Source: Candidatus Poribacteria bacterium (GTDB lineage: Bacteria > Poribacteria > WGA-4E > WGA-3G). Taken from it: 64,000 nucleotides of DNA. The stretch spans positions 1,504,001 to 1,568,000 of the forward strand of contig CAXXUA010000005.1 in NCBI GenBank assembly GCA_963663765.2, given 5' to 3'. Shown here in pieces: positions 60,731-64,000 of the stretch. A program made the translations under genes and the position numbers. Position 1 is the stretch's first letter. Each line of letters opens with the position of its first letter. The notes under the pieces were generated by a model. It was given only the letters and a program-made list of their open reading frames with translations, was not told the origin of the DNA and searched no databases.

Positions 60731-63490
60731 CTAACGAATCGGCCATAATAGAATTGTACCATCATCACTCCCACTGGCAATAGTGGTACCATCTGGGGAA
60801 AACGCTACAAAAACGGAATCATTGTTCCTATGTCCAGTGAGTATAGTTACATCTTTCCATGTATCCGTTTGCCACAATCGTACTGTTCCGTCTCTACTTC
60901 CAATAGCGAGTATGGTTCCTTCAGGCGAAAACGCAATGGAAGTGACAGTCCTATCAGTTGGGAGTTGTACTATTTGCTTTGCTGTGCGTGTATTCCATAA
61001 GATCACAGAATTACCAGCACCTCCGCTGGCAATTATATTGCTATCCGGGGAAAACGCAACTGAATAAATACCCCTAATATGTCCTTGATATGTGGCAACG
61101 TGTTCTTGTGAGTGGACATCCCACAACCGGACAGTCCCATCATAACTCCCGCTTGCAAGTGTATTTCCGTCTGGAGAGAACGTTACAGCCTTGATAATTC
61201 GTGTATGTCCGGTAATTGTTGCTATCTGTTCTCTTGTGGGAATGTGCCACAATCGTAATGTTTTGTCCCAACTCCCGCTTGCAAGGATGTTTCCGTCCGG
61301 AGAAAACACTGCAGAAGAAACCCTTTCGGTATGACCTGAGAGTGTGTTTATGTATTTTTCGGTTTGTGCATCCCATAAACGTATCGTCTTGTCTGCACTT
61401 GTAGTAGCAATAGTTCTTCCATCCGGAGAATATGTGACGAATTCAACACCGGATGAATGCCCTTTCAGTACGGTTTTGAGTTGTCTGGCATGAACGTCCC
61501 ATACGTATCCCATCTTGTCCCAATTAGTGGTAGCGAGAATTTTTCCATCCGGTGAATATGCTACAGAAGTGATAAGTGATGCGTGTCCTTTAATTGTAGT
61601 CCTGAGTTTACCCGTTTGTGTGTTCCACAATTTCACTGTATTGTCCCAACCTGTGGTAGCGAGAGTTTTTCCATCTGGAGAAAACGCTACAGAAGTAACA
61701 GTGAAAATGTGATTACTGAGTGTAGCTTTTTGTTCTCCAGTATGTGCATTCCACAACCGCATAACGTCATTACTTCCAGTAGCAATAGTCTTTCCATCTG
61801 GAGAAAACGCTAACGAATAGATACCTGCATTAGTCTCTTTGATTTTAGTTATGAGTTCCCCCGATTGTGCATCCCACAATCGCAAGCTATTATCCAAACA
61901 TCCAGTAGCGATGTTTTTTCCATCAGGTGAATACGCGATAGAAGATACTGTTGATAAGTGACTTTTGAGCTTAGATGGTCCTGTGAGTGTTGCTAAATGC
62001 TGCCCTGTATGTGCGTTCCATAGGCGCGCTGTCTTGTCTGCACTTCCGGTAGCAATTGTCATACCATCCGGAGAAAAGGCGACGCAATAGATACTTTGGG
62101 TATGTCCTTTAAGTACCGTTATGAGTTTTCCTGTCCGTTTATTCCACACCCGTACTTCTGATTCTATACCTTCTTTTTCTGTTCTTCGCCATCTCACAAC
62201 CCCATCGCCTGTCGCCAGTGTGTTGCCATCCGGAGAAAATGCTACTGCAGTTATTTCCCGTTGATGTCCCACGAGTGTAGCTAAATGTGTTGCTGTCCGT
62301 GCATCCCATAAGCGGATAGATGCATCACGACTTCCACTGGCGAGAGTGATACCATCCGGAGAAAATGCTATTGCAGTCACATCGTACGGATGTCCTGTTA
62401 TTAGGTTAAGCTCTTTTACTTTGCCAGGACGGGCATCGTAAATCCATATCCCGATGGCACTTGCAACCGCAAGACGAGTACCATCAGGCGAAAAAGAGAT
62501 ATTTCCTGTTACTGCCCCTTTACCGAGTCTTGCTTTTGCACCTTTAGGTAACTCCCATTGTGTATAGTCTCCAGGTTCCGTAAGAACCTGATTCGATTCC
62601 TGTTCCGCACCATTGCTTGTGCCGGAAATATCAGAACTGTTTCCCTGCGGATTTCTTACATCATGTTTTGTATCAACATTCTGAACTATAGGCGAATCAA
62701 TGAGTTCTACTGTCATCTCTGACTCCATGTCTAAACTATAGGGTTGTTGGAAACGTGCTAACTGTTGGCTGCCCAATCCAAGAATCAACACAATCAAAAT
62801 AGCACCAGATGCAGCCAGCATCCACGGTATGGAAGGATGACTACCGGAAGACACAACAGGTTGAAGGTTAGCAATTTCTTTCATTATGTTCTCAGTTAAG
62901 TTTGCGGAAATTTGAAAATTACTGAGTGCTTCTGTAATCATGGGTTCCTCCTTTTTGAGTCGTTGTCTGGCACGACTAAGTCTACTCTTTATCGCACTTG
63001 GGGATACACCTAAAAAACGACTAATCTCTGAACAAGTCATGTCCCCGAAGTAGTGGAGTACCATCACCGTGCGTTCACTCTCTTTGAGTTTTGCAAGCAA
63101 CTTTTTAACGACCTTGCGTTGCGCATCTGCATTTACTTTTGCTTGTTCTGCAGCAACATATTGAGAATAAGCGGTTTCTACTATCATATCAGTTTCCATT
63201 TCTTCCAGGGATTCAGTGTCAATGGATTTCTTGCGGAGATATGCAAGACATTGCCGCGTTGCAATAACATATAGCCATCCTGAAAACTGATTAGGGTTCC
63301 TCAAGGTTGGTAGTTTCTGATAGACTTTTAAAAAGGTATCCTGTGTAATTTCTTCAGCAATATGGAAATCTCCTATTTTCCGCCAAGCAAGTGCGTGCAC
63401 TTGCTTTTGGTACTTTCTTACCAAATCTGCAAAAGCGGAATCATTACCTGCAAGGATCCTATTTATCAGTTCAACATCACTGTTTTTCAT
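60731..63490 (-). CDS. ECF-type sigma-70 factor fused to a TM helix and WD40 repeats
   Basis: AEEITQDTFLK, FSGWLY, EISRFLG..KSRLSRAR; TM segment; many WD40 repeats; start may be 63490 or 63502. Confidence 0.92.
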   Translation of the reverse strand: MKNSDVELINRILAGNDSAFADLVRKYQKQVHALAWRKIGDFHIAEEITQDTFLKVYQKLPTLRNPNQFSGWLYVIATRQCLAYLRKKSIDTESLEEMETDMIVETAYSQYVAAEQAKVNADAQRKVVKKLLAKLKESERTVMVLHYFGDMTCSEISRFLGVSPSAIKSRLSRARQRLKKEEPMITEALSNFQISANLTENIMKEIANLQPVVSSGSHPSIPWMLAASGAILIVLILGLGSQQLARFQQPYSLDMESEMTVELIDSPIVQNVDTKHDVRNPQGNSSDISGTSNGAEQESNQVLTEPGDYTQWELPKGAKARLGKGAVTGNISFSPDGTRLAVASAIGIWIYDARPGKVKELNLITGHPYDVTAIAFSPDGITLASGSRDASIRLWDARTATHLATLVGHQREITAVAFSPDGNTLATGDGVVRWRRTEKEGIESEVRVWNKRTGKLITVLKGHTQSIYCVAFSPDGMTIATGSADKTARLWNAHTGQHLATLTGPSKLKSHLSTVSSIAYSPDGKNIATGCLDNSLRLWDAQSGELITKIKETNAGIYSLAFSPDGKTIATGSNDVMRLWNAHTGEQKATLSNHIFTVTSVAFSPDGKTLATTGWDNTVKLWNTQTGKLRTTIKGHASLITSVAYSPDGKILATTNWDKMGYVWDVHARQLKTVLKGHSSGVEFVTYSPDGRTIATTSADKTIRLWDAQTEKYINTLSGHTERVSSAVFSPDGNILASGSWDKTLRLWHIPTREQIATITGHTRIIKAVTFSPDGNTLASGSYDGTVRLWDVHSQEHVATYQGHIRGIYSVAFSPDSNIIASGGAGNSVILWNTRTAKQIVQLPTDRTVTSIAFSPEGTILAIGSRDGTVRLWQTDTWKDVTILTGHRNNDSVFVAFSPDGTTIASGSDDGTILLWPIR

Positions 63491-63538
63491 CAGACTCCTC
63501 AAAAGAAGATATAATCACATTTCAACATAAACCTACAT

Positions 63539-64000
63539 CTAACGAATCGTCCATAATAGAATTGTACCATCATCACTCCCACTGGCAATAGTGGTACCAT
63601 CTGGGGAAAATATGACAGAAGTTACCTCTCGCGTATGTCCTTTGAGTGTGGCAATGTGTCTTCCTGTGGATGTATTCCATAGACGCACAGTTTCATCAGC
63701 ACTACCAGTAACTATAATGGTACTATCAGGAGAATAGGTTACAGAATTAATCCTATTTTTGTGTCCTTTGAGGGTGGTAATGTGTTTTCCAGTATTTGCG
63801 TCCCACAACCGTACCGTTGAGTCCATACTTGCGCTGGCGAGAGTATTATTATCAGGCGCGAACATTATAGAATTAACAGTTTTCGTATGTCCCGTAAGTG
63901 TTGTTATGTGTTTTCCTGTACCCATATCCCATAACCGTACAGTCTTATCCCAACCACCACTCGCGAGTTTAGTCCCATCAGCGGAAAATGCTACGGAATT
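63539..64000 (-). CDS. WD40-repeat protein, 3' part only (starts beyond the window)
   Basis: GH..FSPDG..ASGSDDGTILLW repeats continuing to the window edge. Confidence 0.88.
   Translation of the reverse strand, partial: NSVAFSADGTKLASGGWDKTVRLWDMGTGKHITTLTGHTKTVNSIMFAPDNNTLASASMDSTVRLWDANTGKHITTLKGHKNRINSVTYSPDSTIIVTGSADETVRLWNTSTGRHIATLKGHTREVTSVIFSPDGTTIASGSDDGTILLWTIR

Noticed and set aside
1-64000. tRNA, rRNA, prophage or integrase genes; the many short antisense ORFs in the track
   Set aside because: None recognised by eye; the antisense ORFs lie within well-supported genes and show no motifs.

Overview
AT-rich bacterial chromosomal window. Gene content (WD40 repeat proteins, an ECF sigma-WD40 fusion, PA14/DUF4159/CARDB proteins, GH127, AAA+PD-(D/E)XK paralogs) suggests Candidatus Poribacteria, but this is an inference. 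There are two defence islands. Island 1 (1.3-14.7 kb, downstream of miaA) consists of two tandem cassettes with the same ends (AAA-nuclease gene on the left, DUF488 gene on the right) and different cargo. Cassette A carries a DUF488-DUF488-[dual-OB::RecQ] operon. Cassette B carries a short prokaryotic Argonaute coupled to a REase-TIR-APAZ protein whose TIR catalytic Glu appears replaced by Gln; this candidate nuclease-effector variant of SPARTA is the top finding. Island 2 (24.5-40.2 kb) is a type I R-M locus with an Avs2-like REase-STAND gene between hsdM and hsdS, an HsdS with twin TRDs, a decayed hicA plus a HicB fusion, and an hsdR split by an ISKra4-like IS. The rest is housekeeping or accessory: holA, a czcCBA-like efflux operon, WD40 genes and GH127. 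Intergenic DNA is packed with nested MITEs and GTAG-type REP/REPIN arms expanded into tandem arrays, all with the same strand polarity. No CRISPR array, rRNA or tRNA was seen. All family calls come from motif recognition by eye; no searches were run.
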